Assembly: GCA_018433975.1 (NCBI GenBank) | Contig: JAHDQE010000090.1 | Location: forward strand, 8,259-72,258 | Direction: 5' to 3' | From: Ornatilinea sp. | Lineage (GTDB): Bacteria; Chloroflexota; Anaerolineae; Anaerolineales; Anaerolineaceae | Length of the DNA: 64,000 bases | In this document: positions 9,877 through 19,774 of the stretch, in pieces | How the letters are laid out: the number at the start of each line of letters is the position of its first letter | How positions within the stretch are numbered: the stretch's first letter is position 1 | The notes under the pieces: model-generated | The model's database searches: none | The model's input: the letters and a program-made list of their open reading frames with translations, nothing else | What the model was told of the DNA's origin: nothing | Made by a program: the position numbers and the translations under genes

Positions 9877-10644
9877 TCAATTGACCTTCTGAAAATTCAC
9901 AACTATCAAATTTTTGTTGCAATCCTCAAACGTATCGATAATTACGGGCAGACTCAAAGCTTTCCCCGTCAAATCATATAATGTGATGAAGAGCGAGTTT
10001 GTCGAAGCAATTACAGAATCACTTAGCGCTATTTCATACCCCCCCGGCCCGTATGGGGTACTCAGCCCTGTCAAAGTAAGCTGATCAACCACTTTATTAT
10101 TTAAGAAACCCTCAACGACGACCACTCCATTAAGAAGAGGATTTCCGGTAGCATCAAAAACCTGACCGGCTATTCCCATCCATTGACATCCCAGGTCTGC
10201 ATGGGCGAAATTTTGTAAATATACAGGAGAATTGGGTTGAATCTGAAACGGCATATCGGATGGCGGGAGTGTTTTAGTTGGTTCCGGCGTGGAACTGGCT
10301 GTTTGGGTTGGCGTAGAAGTTGGAACAGAAGTTTTCGTGGGTACAACAGTCTCAGTGGGTGAAAGGGTAGGAGCTTTTGTTTCCGTTGCGGCTGGTTCCG
10401 TGGGGATAACATCAGTTGCTGTTGCCTCAGATTCTGTGGGCACAACACTGGTTGCTGTGGCTGCCACTTCGGTAGGCAAGGATGTAGGGCATACAGGGCA
10501 AGTTGGACAATCCGGCGCTGCGCAGGTTGGGCACACAACCACAACTTCCGGCTCCTGTGAACTGCCCGGAATCAGGTCGCCCAGCGGCAGCGCAGAGCAA
10601 GATGTTAAAATTAATGCAACAACTAACCATACCAATTTTCGCAT
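9877..10644 (-). CDS. Secreted lipoprotein with a CPxC cluster, a Thr/Pro/Ala/Ser-rich linker and a C-terminal globular domain; function unknown
   Basis: Signal peptide plus lipobox: MRKLVWLVVALILTSC. Cys cluster: CPTCAAPDCPTCPVCPT. About 75 aa of low-complexity sequence: ATATSVVPTESEATATDVIPTEPAATETKAPTLSPTETVVPTKTSVPTSTPTQTASSTPEPTKT. The last ~125 aa form an ordered-looking domain. Confidence 0.7.
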   Translation of the reverse strand: MRKLVWLVVALILTSCSALPLGDLIPGSSQEPEVVVVCPTCAAPDCPTCPVCPTSLPTEVAATATSVVPTESEATATDVIPTEPAATETKAPTLSPTETVVPTKTSVPTSTPTQTASSTPEPTKTLPPSDMPFQIQPNSPVYLQNFAHADLGCQWMGIAGQVFDATGNPLLNGVVVVEGFLNNKVVDQLTLTGLSTPYGPGGYEIALSDSVIASTNSLFITLYDLTGKALSLPVIIDTFEDCNKNLIVVNFQKVN

Positions 10645-10714
10645 GAAAAACTCCTCCCCGGATCAATAACCTTTAAAAATTATATCATTTCATTGTTGCA
10701 CAAATAATGCCAAA

Positions 10715-12127
10715 TTAATACGCGCCTTTTCCGCGAAGGACCACCCAGATCGTTTTTATCAGGATCTGGATATCCAGCCAGATAGAATAATTCTGAACAT
10801 AGTACAGGTCATCCTCTGTATTTAAATGCATGGGTTTATCGCTTCGTCCATTAATCTGCCACCAGCCCGTCATTCCCTGTGGGATCGAGAAACGCTTTCG
10901 CTGCCAGGGTTCATAGCGGTCGACCAAATAAGGCATTTCCGGTCTGGGGCCTACCAGGCTCATATCCCCCATCAAAACATTAAAAAGTTGGGGAACCTCA
11001 TCCAGGCTGGTTTTTCGTAAACACTTCCCCACCCGTGTGATCCGCCAGTCGCTTTTACTCTTATGGATCAGGTGGCCGTTTTCATCTGTCGTTTCTACTA
11101 GCTCTCTCAGTTCATCCGCATTTTCGATCATTGTCCTGAATTTTATAATTTCAAACAACTTTCCGTTTTCACCTGCCCGGAGCTGACGAAAAAAAACAGG
11201 GCCTTTACTATCCAGCTTGATCGCAATCGCAATCAAAGCCAAAATAGGCGCCAGAACAGGCAGGGAAAAGAGAGTGAATGCCAGGTCAAATGCACGTTTA
11301 ATCATTCTCTGATAATCATTTAATGCCGGCGCTCGCAGATCCAGCATGGGGATTCCCGCAAATTCTTCAATCGCGGCATGATGCAGTGAAAGCGAAAAAT
11401 AATCCGGGATAACCCAGATCCGGACAGGCAATTGATGTAGATCGTTCACCACTTCATTGATCCGCTCATGCGCCATCCGCGGCAGAGCAATCAGAACATC
11501 TTCAATCGCAAACTTCTTAACGATTTCTTGAACATCGCTTAAAGATCCAAAAATATCTTTTTCGCTGGCAATTTTTTCAGGGTTGTCATCCAGAAAACCG
11601 ACCAGCCTTAAACCTAAATCTGTCCGGGACGATATTTGTTCTTCAATTAATCGTCCAACAATTCCCGCACCAAGTATCAAGACAGGCCGTCTCTCTTTAC
11701 CCTTCGCCAATCGCGTGCGATAAAGAACGCGATAGATCACGCGCCATCCCAGCAAAACACCATACGTGACCGCGCTAAAAAACAGGAACAAAAATCGCGA
11801 CACATCCCGATAAGTGAGAAACAAAATTCCTGCCACGGAAATAACAGCCAGCATTGAGCCAAAAGTCAGGCTGCTCAACTCATCTACCACGCGAAAATTA
11901 CGTTTTCCGTCATACACCGAAAACAAAAGCAAGACCCCCACCCAAATTATTGGGAAAATAAAAAACAGCACGAGCGGCAAATCTACCGACCCGGGAATTT
12001 CCTGAACGAAGGACAACCCGCTCAGAACAGGGCGGAGCGCAGCAGCAAAGGATAAACTCCCCACTACCAAAAAAGCATCAAGGAAGATGGATAAAACAGC
12101 AAAGTTGGCTGAGAAACGTCTGAACAT
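10715..12127 (-). CDS. Polyprenyl-phosphate sugar-phosphotransferase (WbaP/bacterial sugar transferase family), priming enzyme
   Basis: N-terminal TMs and a central Rossmann-like segment (VLILGAGIVG). C-terminal motifs: KRAFDLAFTLFSLPVLAPILALIAIAIKLDSKGPVFFRQ, DEVPQLFNVLMGDMSLVGPRP, PQGMTGWWQINGRSD. Confidence 0.9.
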   Translation of the reverse strand: MFRRFSANFAVLSIFLDAFLVVGSLSFAAALRPVLSGLSFVQEIPGSVDLPLVLFFIFPIIWVGVLLLFSVYDGKRNFRVVDELSSLTFGSMLAVISVAGILFLTYRDVSRFLFLFFSAVTYGVLLGWRVIYRVLYRTRLAKGKERRPVLILGAGIVGRLIEEQISSRTDLGLRLVGFLDDNPEKIASEKDIFGSLSDVQEIVKKFAIEDVLIALPRMAHERINEVVNDLHQLPVRIWVIPDYFSLSLHHAAIEEFAGIPMLDLRAPALNDYQRMIKRAFDLAFTLFSLPVLAPILALIAIAIKLDSKGPVFFRQLRAGENGKLFEIIKFRTMIENADELRELVETTDENGHLIHKSKSDWRITRVGKCLRKTSLDEVPQLFNVLMGDMSLVGPRPEMPYLVDRYEPWQRKRFSIPQGMTGWWQINGRSDKPMHLNTEDDLYYVQNYSIWLDIQILIKTIWVVLRGKGAY

Positions 12128-12175
12128 TTAAACTCCGGAAGAAAAAATATCTCTCCACATACCTATCAACCCGAA

Positions 12176-12955
12176 TCAATCCATGTTAAATTTTCTTATT
12201 CCCAGCAATTGCATGCAAACCAGAACAATAAATCTTGGATAATTAAGCATATACCTTTTCCATAAACGCCGGGGTTCACTTAATAAGCGATAAAACCATT
12301 CCATACCGCTGCGCTGGACCCACCGGGGAGCTTGCGGTTTATTCCCAGAAAGGAAATCAAAAGCGGCCCCAACCCCAATCAATACCGGAACGCCTAAATC
12401 TTTGAGGTGCCGGCTCATCCATTTTTCCTGGCGGGGTGAACCAATCCCGACCCATATAATATCGGGAGCGGCGGATTGGATCCGTTTAATCATCTCCTGA
12501 TTTTCGGCATCCGTCAATTCCCGAAAAGGGGGGGATTCCAGTCCAACAATTTTCAATTCCGGGAATCTTTTTAAGAGTTTCTTGGCCAATTGATCCGCAA
12601 CCCCTGGCGCCCCACCGTAAAAATAGTGCTTATATCCTTTATCTTGAGAGCTCCTGCATACCTCCAGCATTAGATCCGGGCCATATACCCGATCTACGTG
12701 TGGAAACCCAAACAACTTCAACAGCCACACAATGGACATTCCGTCCGGCGTGGTCAATCCGCTCTGGTTATAGATCGATTTAATCTCAGGGTGATCATGA
12801 CACTCCATCACCGCGTGAGCCGGTGTCACACAGACATACTGCGGAGTCCGCGCATCCATCCATCCCTCAATCGCCTGTAATGCCTGAGGCATATTGATCG
12901 CGCTGACCCCAACTCCCAGGATATTTCCACGTGGCACTGCTGTTAACTCTTGCAA
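12176..12955 (-). CDS. tagA: WecB/TagA/CpsF-family (GT26) glycosyltransferase
   Basis: Family-typical motifs: ILGVGVSAINM, VCVTPAHAVMEC, TPDGMSIVW, IIWVGIGSPRQEKWM, GVGAAFDFLSG. The start is TTG. Confidence 0.85.
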   Translation of the reverse strand: MQELTAVPRGNILGVGVSAINMPQALQAIEGWMDARTPQYVCVTPAHAVMECHDHPEIKSIYNQSGLTTPDGMSIVWLLKLFGFPHVDRVYGPDLMLEVCRSSQDKGYKHYFYGGAPGVADQLAKKLLKRFPELKIVGLESPPFRELTDAENQEMIKRIQSAAPDIIWVGIGSPRQEKWMSRHLKDLGVPVLIGVGAAFDFLSGNKPQAPRWVQRSGMEWFYRLLSEPRRLWKRYMLNYPRFIVLVCMQLLGIRKFNMD

Positions 12956-12982
12956 TTTCTATACCTGTTAATAATCCCTGTT

Positions 12983-14152
12983 TTATTTTGCTTGCCGGAT
13001 TGCTTCTTCGTATATACGCATTAATGAAGGGTAATTTGTTTCCGCCGTGAAGTTTATCTCATACTGTTCACGTGCTTTCTGTCCCATTAACAAGATATTG
13101 TCTGGATGTTCAAATGCCCAAATGATCTTTTGGGCCAAATCCTCCGGATCGCCTGGTGCAAAAAGCAAACCGGTTTTACCATCTGTTATTAATTCAGCCA
13201 TGGCTCCCTGACCGGAAGCGATAACCGGAACGCCGCACGCAAAAGCTTCTGCAAGCGTCAACCCAAAAGTCTCGTACAACAGGGATGGATACACCAATAC
13301 ATACGCTTTTTCCATCAGGGCCAATAATTCACTTTGCGGTAACTGTCCATAATATTCTATAGTATTCTCTTTTTCATGGATAACAGCGTTTTGAATCTTC
13401 CCCTCCATCGGACCGGATCCAACAATTTTTACAGTGAGCCCTTTCAAAAACTGCATACAATCCAACAAAGTCCCGACTCCCTTCTCGGAGGACAACCTGC
13501 CGGCAAAGAGCACATACTTGCCTTTGGCGTCGGCAATTTCAGGGTTTGGAGTAACCATGTTTGGCTTTACAACAATCTTCTGTGAAGGTAATCCACCCAG
13601 GGCAAATTTCTCTTTAGAGAACTCCGTCAAGGCAATGAACCTGTCAACTTTTCTCCAGGAACCAATCATCCGGTGCACAAACAGCATCATGGACACAACA
13701 CCGCTTGCCATTCGATCGCCACGATAGCACCCATGAATAATTCCCGGCCACTTGAGTTTTTTATACAAACAGTCCTCACAAACCTTGTCATCCCGGTAAA
13801 GATATGCGTTCAGACACAAAAACCGGTAATTATGCAATGTCTGGACAATTGGCAAATCAAATTTTTTGACAGCATAATATGCAGAGGGAGAAATTAAAGA
13901 AAAAGTGTTATGAAAATGTACCAGATCAGGCTCATGCTTCTCAATTAAATCGCATAGCTCTTTATAAGATTGGAAGTTCCAAATGGTTTTTAACGCAGTC
14001 ACAAAGGGATTCATCTCAGCGATCAAATCATTTTGAAGCGTGAAATGAAACACCTCATGCCCATTTGCTTTGAGAAGCTCGGTTTCCTGATAAAAAACCT
14101 GGTCTTCGCCACCCGGCAGCTGGTAAAAATTATGGCAGATTAAAACACGCAT
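12983..14152 (-). CDS. GT4-family glycosyltransferase
   Basis: GT-B fold. N-terminus: MRVLICHNFYQLPGGED. EX7E region: YPSLLYETFGLTLAEAFACGVPVIAS. Confidence 0.85.
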   Translation of the reverse strand: MRVLICHNFYQLPGGEDQVFYQETELLKANGHEVFHFTLQNDLIAEMNPFVTALKTIWNFQSYKELCDLIEKHEPDLVHFHNTFSLISPSAYYAVKKFDLPIVQTLHNYRFLCLNAYLYRDDKVCEDCLYKKLKWPGIIHGCYRGDRMASGVVSMMLFVHRMIGSWRKVDRFIALTEFSKEKFALGGLPSQKIVVKPNMVTPNPEIADAKGKYVLFAGRLSSEKGVGTLLDCMQFLKGLTVKIVGSGPMEGKIQNAVIHEKENTIEYYGQLPQSELLALMEKAYVLVYPSLLYETFGLTLAEAFACGVPVIASGQGAMAELITDGKTGLLFAPGDPEDLAQKIIWAFEHPDNILLMGQKAREQYEINFTAETNYPSLMRIYEEAIRQAK

Positions 14153-14194
14153 CCATTACACCCGTATTCTTAAATTTTAATTCAAGCTCAAAAA

Positions 14195-15403
14195 TCACTT
14201 TTTAGAATGATCTCGTTGCCAATCCTCAATAAGCTCTAATACCTTTTGAGCGGTAACCCGCGCAGAGTATTTTTTCTCCGCAAGCCGGCGGGCATTTTTC
14301 CCTATATACATTCTCAATTCAAGATTATTTGCTAACATTTCAATGGCTCCAAGAAATTCATCTAATTCAGAGATGAGATAATCTTCTCCCGGCTCTCCTT
14401 CAATTCCACGAGCCCCAAATGTCGTGGTAATACAGGGCAGCTCTAAGCCAAAATACTCCAGCATTTTGATATTCAAACCACTGCCGGTGGTTACAGGGTT
14501 TAATGCGATATCGGCTATTTGCAAGTACGGCTGGGGTGCTTCAGGCATAAACCAGAGGTTATTCCTGTTCTGGCCTTTGAAATGTTGTGCTGCCCTGCCA
14601 GACACAATAATTAGTACTTTATCACTGACAAAATCAGAAATCTTTATCAATGATTCGGCTGCCTCAAGGTTCGGTCCATGGGCAGACCCGACAAATAAAG
14701 CAACAATCTGGTTCCCAACTCCCAGCTTATCCCGCAAATCACATTTTTCATGTTCCGATAAAATCGAAAACCGATCCAGATTAATTCCCCTGGGAATAAC
14801 ATGCATTTTTGATTTTGACAAATCGTATTTAGCGGAAAGTGCGTCTGCATCTTGAGAAGTAATCGGAACAACTACATCAGCATCCCGCAAAATTTGATAT
14901 TCACTGCGCTCAATTAAACCAGCCACAGAATTCGCAAAAGGTTTTCTTTGCTCGCGATATAACTCCGCAAATTGAAATTCTGCGTTGTGCGCCATATAAA
15001 CCAATGGAACTGTTTCAGGGTATTTTAAAGCGCCTGGCTCATAGCACCACGGCGACTCAAACAACACAGCCTGGCTGTTAGAAATGTGGGTTTGCAAGTT
15101 CATCCATTTTCGTTTCGCGAGAAGTTTCCCCGCGTTCAAGAAACCCAAATTGAGTGTTGAAAATACAGAAAAGGCCGCAACCGTGATCAGCTCAGTCCGG
15201 CGCCACTCTGTATAACTGTCGGCCAATTCAAACTTTTTGGTCCTGCCAATGGAAGCCAAATCGGATTTGCGAATACCCATGGAAAACTGATCAATTTGCC
15301 ACCCCAGCGCAGGAAATTCGCGATTCATAGCATCAATCACTACCTGCCCCCCCATCTTCGGGGGAAAAGTTGCATAAGGAGTGATGCTGACCAATTTTTT
15401 CAA
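14195..15403 (-). CDS. GT4-like glycosyltransferase
   Basis: FPPKMGGQ N-terminal motif and a C-terminal GSGLNIKMLEYFGLELPCITT segment. The TTG start overlaps the upstream stop (TTGA), with GAGG 5 nt upstream. Confidence 0.75.
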   Translation of the reverse strand: MKKLVSITPYATFPPKMGGQVVIDAMNREFPALGWQIDQFSMGIRKSDLASIGRTKKFELADSYTEWRRTELITVAAFSVFSTLNLGFLNAGKLLAKRKWMNLQTHISNSQAVLFESPWCYEPGALKYPETVPLVYMAHNAEFQFAELYREQRKPFANSVAGLIERSEYQILRDADVVVPITSQDADALSAKYDLSKSKMHVIPRGINLDRFSILSEHEKCDLRDKLGVGNQIVALFVGSAHGPNLEAAESLIKISDFVSDKVLIIVSGRAAQHFKGQNRNNLWFMPEAPQPYLQIADIALNPVTTGSGLNIKMLEYFGLELPCITTTFGARGIEGEPGEDYLISELDEFLGAIEMLANNLELRMYIGKNARRLAEKKYSARVTAQKVLELIEDWQRDHSKK

Positions 15404-16578
15404 GTTAACCTCAGTAATTGATTATAAATATTTTCTATTGACTGGACATGTTTCTTTATAGAAAAATTATCACTTGCATTTTCCTTAGCCGCTTGTTCCA
15501 ACTGCATCCTCAATTTTGAATCCTCGAGTAGTCGCAAAATCGCTCCAGAAATCCCATCAACATCTCCCGCTCTGACAAGCAATCCGTTTTTTTCATGTTG
15601 GATAATCTCATTAACGCCTCCTGTATCCGCAGCAACGATTGCTTTGCCATACGCACTTGCCTCTAGCAACACTCTTGGTAAAGGATCGGGCTCAACTGGA
15701 CAATGGACAAACACATCCACGATACTTAATATCCGCAAAATATCTTTACGAAACCCTGTAAAAGTCACATTATTTGACACACCCAATTCATTGGATAAAT
15801 TTCGCAACTTCTCCAGATACAATTCATCCCCTTCCCAGGCTTCACCAATAACGAGCAGATGTATATTGTGAAATCTATTTGTCAATGAGCTGATTGCTCT
15901 TATGATTACATCATACCCTTTTGAAGGCGTAATACGACCAGCAACAGCTAAAATATATTCATGGTTTTTTACACCGAGTTCGGACCTCAGTGCAAGAAGC
16001 TCTGTTGAAGTAGAATGTTTTGTTTCAAAAACCACACCATTGTGAACCACTTCAATTTTTTTTGTAAGCAGTTTTGTATGTTGTAAAATTTCATCTCGGG
16101 TCGCAGACGAAACCGGAATAATCCTGTCACAAATCAAATCAATGAATATCGCCTTATAAAAAGGTGAGAACGGCAAGTTTTCTATATCTCTCACATGCAT
16201 AACATCGGGAACACGGGCCAATCTCGCCCCCAGACCTCCGTGATAGGAAACTCTGGGATTATTTGAATGAACAAGCTGAATGTCATTCTCTTGAATTATT
16301 TTTTTTATCTTCCAGGCGTTTGGCAACAAAGTTCGATAGGTTTCTTGAACCAAACCACCGCCTCGTGGAATAGTGGGTAAATAAAAAACTTTTATTCCCC
16401 TCTCACAACATAGTTGGGGCAATAGTCCGTCCTCTGGGCAAAGTAGAAACGGACGCCATTTTTTCTGATCCAATCCATCAATCAATGCCAGCAATGAGTA
16501 TTCAGCCCCCGCCATTTTTGAAACAGGATTTACATATAAGACATTAATTGGATAATCATACTTGCCAGCTATTTTCAT
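15400..16578 (-). CDS. GT4-family glycosyltransferase
   Basis: Motifs: GAEYSLLALIDGL, VAGRITPSKGYDVIIRA, FVHCPVEPDPLPRVLLEASAYGKAIVAADTGG. Confidence 0.85.
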   Translation of the reverse strand: MKIAGKYDYPINVLYVNPVSKMAGAEYSLLALIDGLDQKKWRPFLLCPEDGLLPQLCCERGIKVFYLPTIPRGGGLVQETYRTLLPNAWKIKKIIQENDIQLVHSNNPRVSYHGGLGARLARVPDVMHVRDIENLPFSPFYKAIFIDLICDRIIPVSSATRDEILQHTKLLTKKIEVVHNGVVFETKHSTSTELLALRSELGVKNHEYILAVAGRITPSKGYDVIIRAISSLTNRFHNIHLLVIGEAWEGDELYLEKLRNLSNELGVSNNVTFTGFRKDILRILSIVDVFVHCPVEPDPLPRVLLEASAYGKAIVAADTGGVNEIIQHEKNGLLVRAGDVDGISGAILRLLEDSKLRMQLEQAAKENASDNFSIKKHVQSIENIYNQLLRLT

Positions 16579-16599
16579 ATCATTTTTTAAACTAAATAA

Positions 16600-17541
16600 T
16601 CACTCATTTCTAAAAAATTGCCATACATTCTTGGAGAACCAGAGCCGCAGAGAAGTTCTAAAAATGGAATCAAACAGTGCAAGATATACACCCGGTCTCT
16701 GAAAAGGAAATGTACAAATCGTTTTAAAATAATACTTCCTGGATTTTAAGAGATGCTCACGACTTGAGCCATTTTCGTACGCTCGAGAATAGTGCCAGGC
16801 AATATCCTGTAAACGCCTTGAGCGAATTTGTTGTGTCTTCAACCAACCGTAACTTTTAAAATCTTGTTGATGCTTTTCTAAAAGAATATTCCCGGCTTCT
16901 TCAATCCTCTCTGGATTTTGATAAACACTCCGGTTGACTTTCACAAGTGGTTTTTTAATAAGACACAAATCATATGTTCTGGTGAAACGCACCAACCAAT
17001 CCCAATCTTCATAACGTTTCAGTGTTTCATCCAAAAAGCCGACCACACCAAAGACTTTCCGAGCAATCATCAATGTTGAACCTGGTCCAAGATCACACAC
17101 ATACAATAAAGTCTCTCTCCAGGAATTTCTTTTCTGAGGAATATGTTGTGTAGTTTGACCGGATTCAATATTAAATTTTCCTGTGATACACCCCCCCACA
17201 TTTTCCGGAGCGGAATTTAAACATGCAATTTGTTCATCCAGTTTGGCTGGCAGCCATTCATCATCAGAATCAAGAAAAGCAATATATTTCCCCTGCGCTT
17301 GCCTGATCCCTGTATTTCTTGCTGCTGCTGCCCCACGATTTTCAGCGTGTTCAAAAAGCTTTATCCTCGGATCACTATAACTCAAAATCACTTTCCTGGA
17401 ATCATCTTTTGAGCCGTCATCTACAAGCAGCACCTCATAATTCTGATAGGTTTGGGATAATACACTATCAATAGCACAAGCTACTGTATGTGCCCGGTTA
17501 TAAACCGGAATGATCACGCTGACTTCAGGAGAAGTTTTCAT
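16600..17541 (-). CDS. GT2-family glycosyltransferase
   Basis: VSVIIPVYNRAHTVACAIDSVLSQTYQNYEVLLVDDGSKDDS and DxD motif FLDSDDEW. ATGA overlap with the upstream gene. Confidence 0.9.
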   Translation of the reverse strand: MKTSPEVSVIIPVYNRAHTVACAIDSVLSQTYQNYEVLLVDDGSKDDSRKVILSYSDPRIKLFEHAENRGAAAARNTGIRQAQGKYIAFLDSDDEWLPAKLDEQIACLNSAPENVGGCITGKFNIESGQTTQHIPQKRNSWRETLLYVCDLGPGSTLMIARKVFGVVGFLDETLKRYEDWDWLVRFTRTYDLCLIKKPLVKVNRSVYQNPERIEEAGNILLEKHQQDFKSYGWLKTQQIRSRRLQDIAWHYSRAYENGSSREHLLKSRKYYFKTICTFPFQRPGVYLALFDSIFRTSLRLWFSKNVWQFFRNE

Positions 17542-18509
17542 TCTTTTCCAACAATCTTATTAATTAATACATGGAGATTTCTGCGAACAAAAGCAAAAGG
17601 CCATAAAACATTTTGCGCGATTCCCCTTCTGGAAATTCGCAAAGCTGAACTGATTTCTCTTGCTTCACAAAATTGTCTGGCGAGCTCTACAGAATTATAG
17701 GTATGCCATTTATGAAAATCGCGTTGATACTCATTTGAAAGTACGTTTAATTCCAGATACTTTTCTGCTATTTGCAGATGCTCCTCCCGAATTTTTAATT
17801 CGTTTCGTTTTTCCGCATCAATCGTCATGGACCCTGAATGCGAACGGTAACAGTAAACCGTTTTATCCAGAAAGACATATTTCATCTCTTTCAGGTAAAA
17901 ACGAATTAAAAAATCCCTGTCGGCCGCAAATTTTAAAGTTGTGTCAAACTCCCCAATTTTCTCGAATACTTCTTTGCGAAAAAACCACGCATTGAAAGCC
18001 GGAACACCTGTCATCAAATTCCATAATGGCTCCTCACGAAGCGGTTGAATAATTTCAGAAGATTCAATTTCTTGATCTGGTGAAACACTAAAAACTTCAG
18101 CATATCCAATAACCGCATCAAGCTGTTGGTTCTCATTAAATAATTGGGATATGTTGTTGAAAACATCATCTGCATAATAATCATCGGAGTTAAGAAAACC
18201 TATTATCTGACCGTCAACTTTTTTCAAGCCCCGATTTAATGCTTCATACATTCCATTATCGGCTTTAGAGAATATTTTAATTTCCGGGTACTTTTTCACC
18301 AGCTCAAATGTGTTGTCAGTCGAACCACCATCCATGATGATATACTCAATATTCGAGTAATTCTGAACTCTTACACTATGAATAGCCGTTTCCAATAAAT
18401 GAGCACGGTTTTTACTGGGAGTGATAATTGAAAATAATGGAAAAACAGTATCTTTCATTTGACAACAAGTTATAAATTTATCGTAAAACGCAAATTTCAC
18501 GAAAATCAC
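17538..18509 (-). CDS. GT2-family glycosyltransferase (start uncertain: GTG 18509 or ATG 18458)
   Basis: FSIITPSKNRAHLLETAIHSVRVQNYSNIEYIIMDGGSTDNT and FLNSDDYY. The internal start giving MKDTVFPLFSIITP yields a typical GT2 N-terminus. Confidence 0.85.
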   Translation of the reverse strand: MIFVKFAFYDKFITCCQMKDTVFPLFSIITPSKNRAHLLETAIHSVRVQNYSNIEYIIMDGGSTDNTFELVKKYPEIKIFSKADNGMYEALNRGLKKVDGQIIGFLNSDDYYADDVFNNISQLFNENQQLDAVIGYAEVFSVSPDQEIESSEIIQPLREEPLWNLMTGVPAFNAWFFRKEVFEKIGEFDTTLKFAADRDFLIRFYLKEMKYVFLDKTVYCYRSHSGSMTIDAEKRNELKIREEHLQIAEKYLELNVLSNEYQRDFHKWHTYNSVELARQFCEAREISSALRISRRGIAQNVLWPFAFVRRNLHVLINKIVGKE

Positions 18510-18637
18510 GCTACAATTCTTTAGTCTTTTCTAAAGAAAATGCAAGTTGTTAAAATAATACTAAACCAATGAAATTAACTCTGAGAACGATGTGAACGAT
18601 AAGATATTTAATTTTAGACAGTTGGAAGCTACATTCC

Positions 18638-19774
18638 TTAATATAAAGATTGATAAACCTCATAAAATTGCTGTGCCGATTTATCCCACGAAAAATCTTT
18701 TATTCGATCAAAGCCGCTTAAGATTCGATCATCTTGTTTTTTACAATCGGCTCCACGAGATAAAGCTCTTAACAACTCATCAATGTTGCCAATTGTATAA
18801 TAAAATGGAATATCTTTTGCTATTTCAATCGTTGTCGGGATTCTAGATGCAACAATAGGACAACCACATGCCATTGATTCTAACAAAGGTATTCCAAAAC
18901 CTTCAAATAACGAAGGATAAACAAAAGTATTTGCTTGGTTATAAAGATATAACAATTGAACATCATTAACCCCTTCTAACAGGATAACTTTGTTTTGAAC
19001 TTTTAGTTCCCCAATAATTCTAATTTCATTTTCTTGCCACTTTTGTCCCACTACTAACAACTTAATTTCCTTATTTACTTTCCACTGGCTATATGCTTTC
19101 AATAATTCGAGAAAATTCTTGTGCCGATCACGTCTTCCAACATATAAAATAAATGGGAAGTCTATTCTATATTGCTCAGGAATTTTCTCCTTCTCTATAT
19201 AAGAAAAAAAATCAGAAGCTCCATGATAAATCACATTAATTTTTTTATTTAACCCCGAATATTGTTCAAGAAGATCTTGTTTTGTTGTATTTGAAACACA
19301 TACAACAACATCGGAATTAAATACTGTTTTTCTTTTCATTTCTCTTAATTCTTGATTATCTTGCTCAAAAAAAATATCTTGATAACGTTCATAAATCATA
19401 TCGTGAACCGTAACTATTTTTTTACCCCGCCAACCCATTAAATCCGTATAATAAGTCGAATGCCATATTTTTTTTCTAGTATCCCCAAGGCTGATAAGTC
19501 CAGCAATTTCTTTAATCCGAGGATAAATCTTATGCCACAGACGCCTAGGGCGAAAATACTTTTCACCCGCAGTAACATTATGTATAGTAACTTTTTTTGA
19601 ACAAGAATTATCGAAAAATGGTAAATATTGAATTGGCTTTTTTGTAACTAGATACTCAATAGATACATCATTACCAAACATAACTATTCGAGGAATAATC
19701 TCATTGTACATCCGAGATATCCCACCACTTTTTTGTAATGAATAAATTATGGTATCAAATACAATTTGCATCAT
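18638..19774 (-). CDS. GT4-family glycosyltransferase (inside the low-GC cassette)
   Basis: VYPSLFEGFGIPLLESMACGCPIVAS and YVGRRDRHKNFLELLKA. ATGA overlap with the upstream gene. Confidence 0.85.
   Translation of the reverse strand: MMQIVFDTIIYSLQKSGGISRMYNEIIPRIVMFGNDVSIEYLVTKKPIQYLPFFDNSCSKKVTIHNVTAGEKYFRPRRLWHKIYPRIKEIAGLISLGDTRKKIWHSTYYTDLMGWRGKKIVTVHDMIYERYQDIFFEQDNQELREMKRKTVFNSDVVVCVSNTTKQDLLEQYSGLNKKINVIYHGASDFFSYIEKEKIPEQYRIDFPFILYVGRRDRHKNFLELLKAYSQWKVNKEIKLLVVGQKWQENEIRIIGELKVQNKVILLEGVNDVQLLYLYNQANTFVYPSLFEGFGIPLLESMACGCPIVASRIPTTIEIAKDIPFYYTIGNIDELLRALSRGADCKKQDDRILSGFDRIKDFSWDKSAQQFYEVYQSLY

Noticed and set aside
10170-10669. Three overlapping ORFs (10170..10544 -, 10289..10669 +, 10427..10666 -) across the lipoprotein gene
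   Set aside because: They are shadow frames created by the repetitive ACN/CCN codons of the Thr/Pro-rich linker. They have low-complexity translations, no start context, and lie fully inside a better-supported signal-peptide-bearing CDS.
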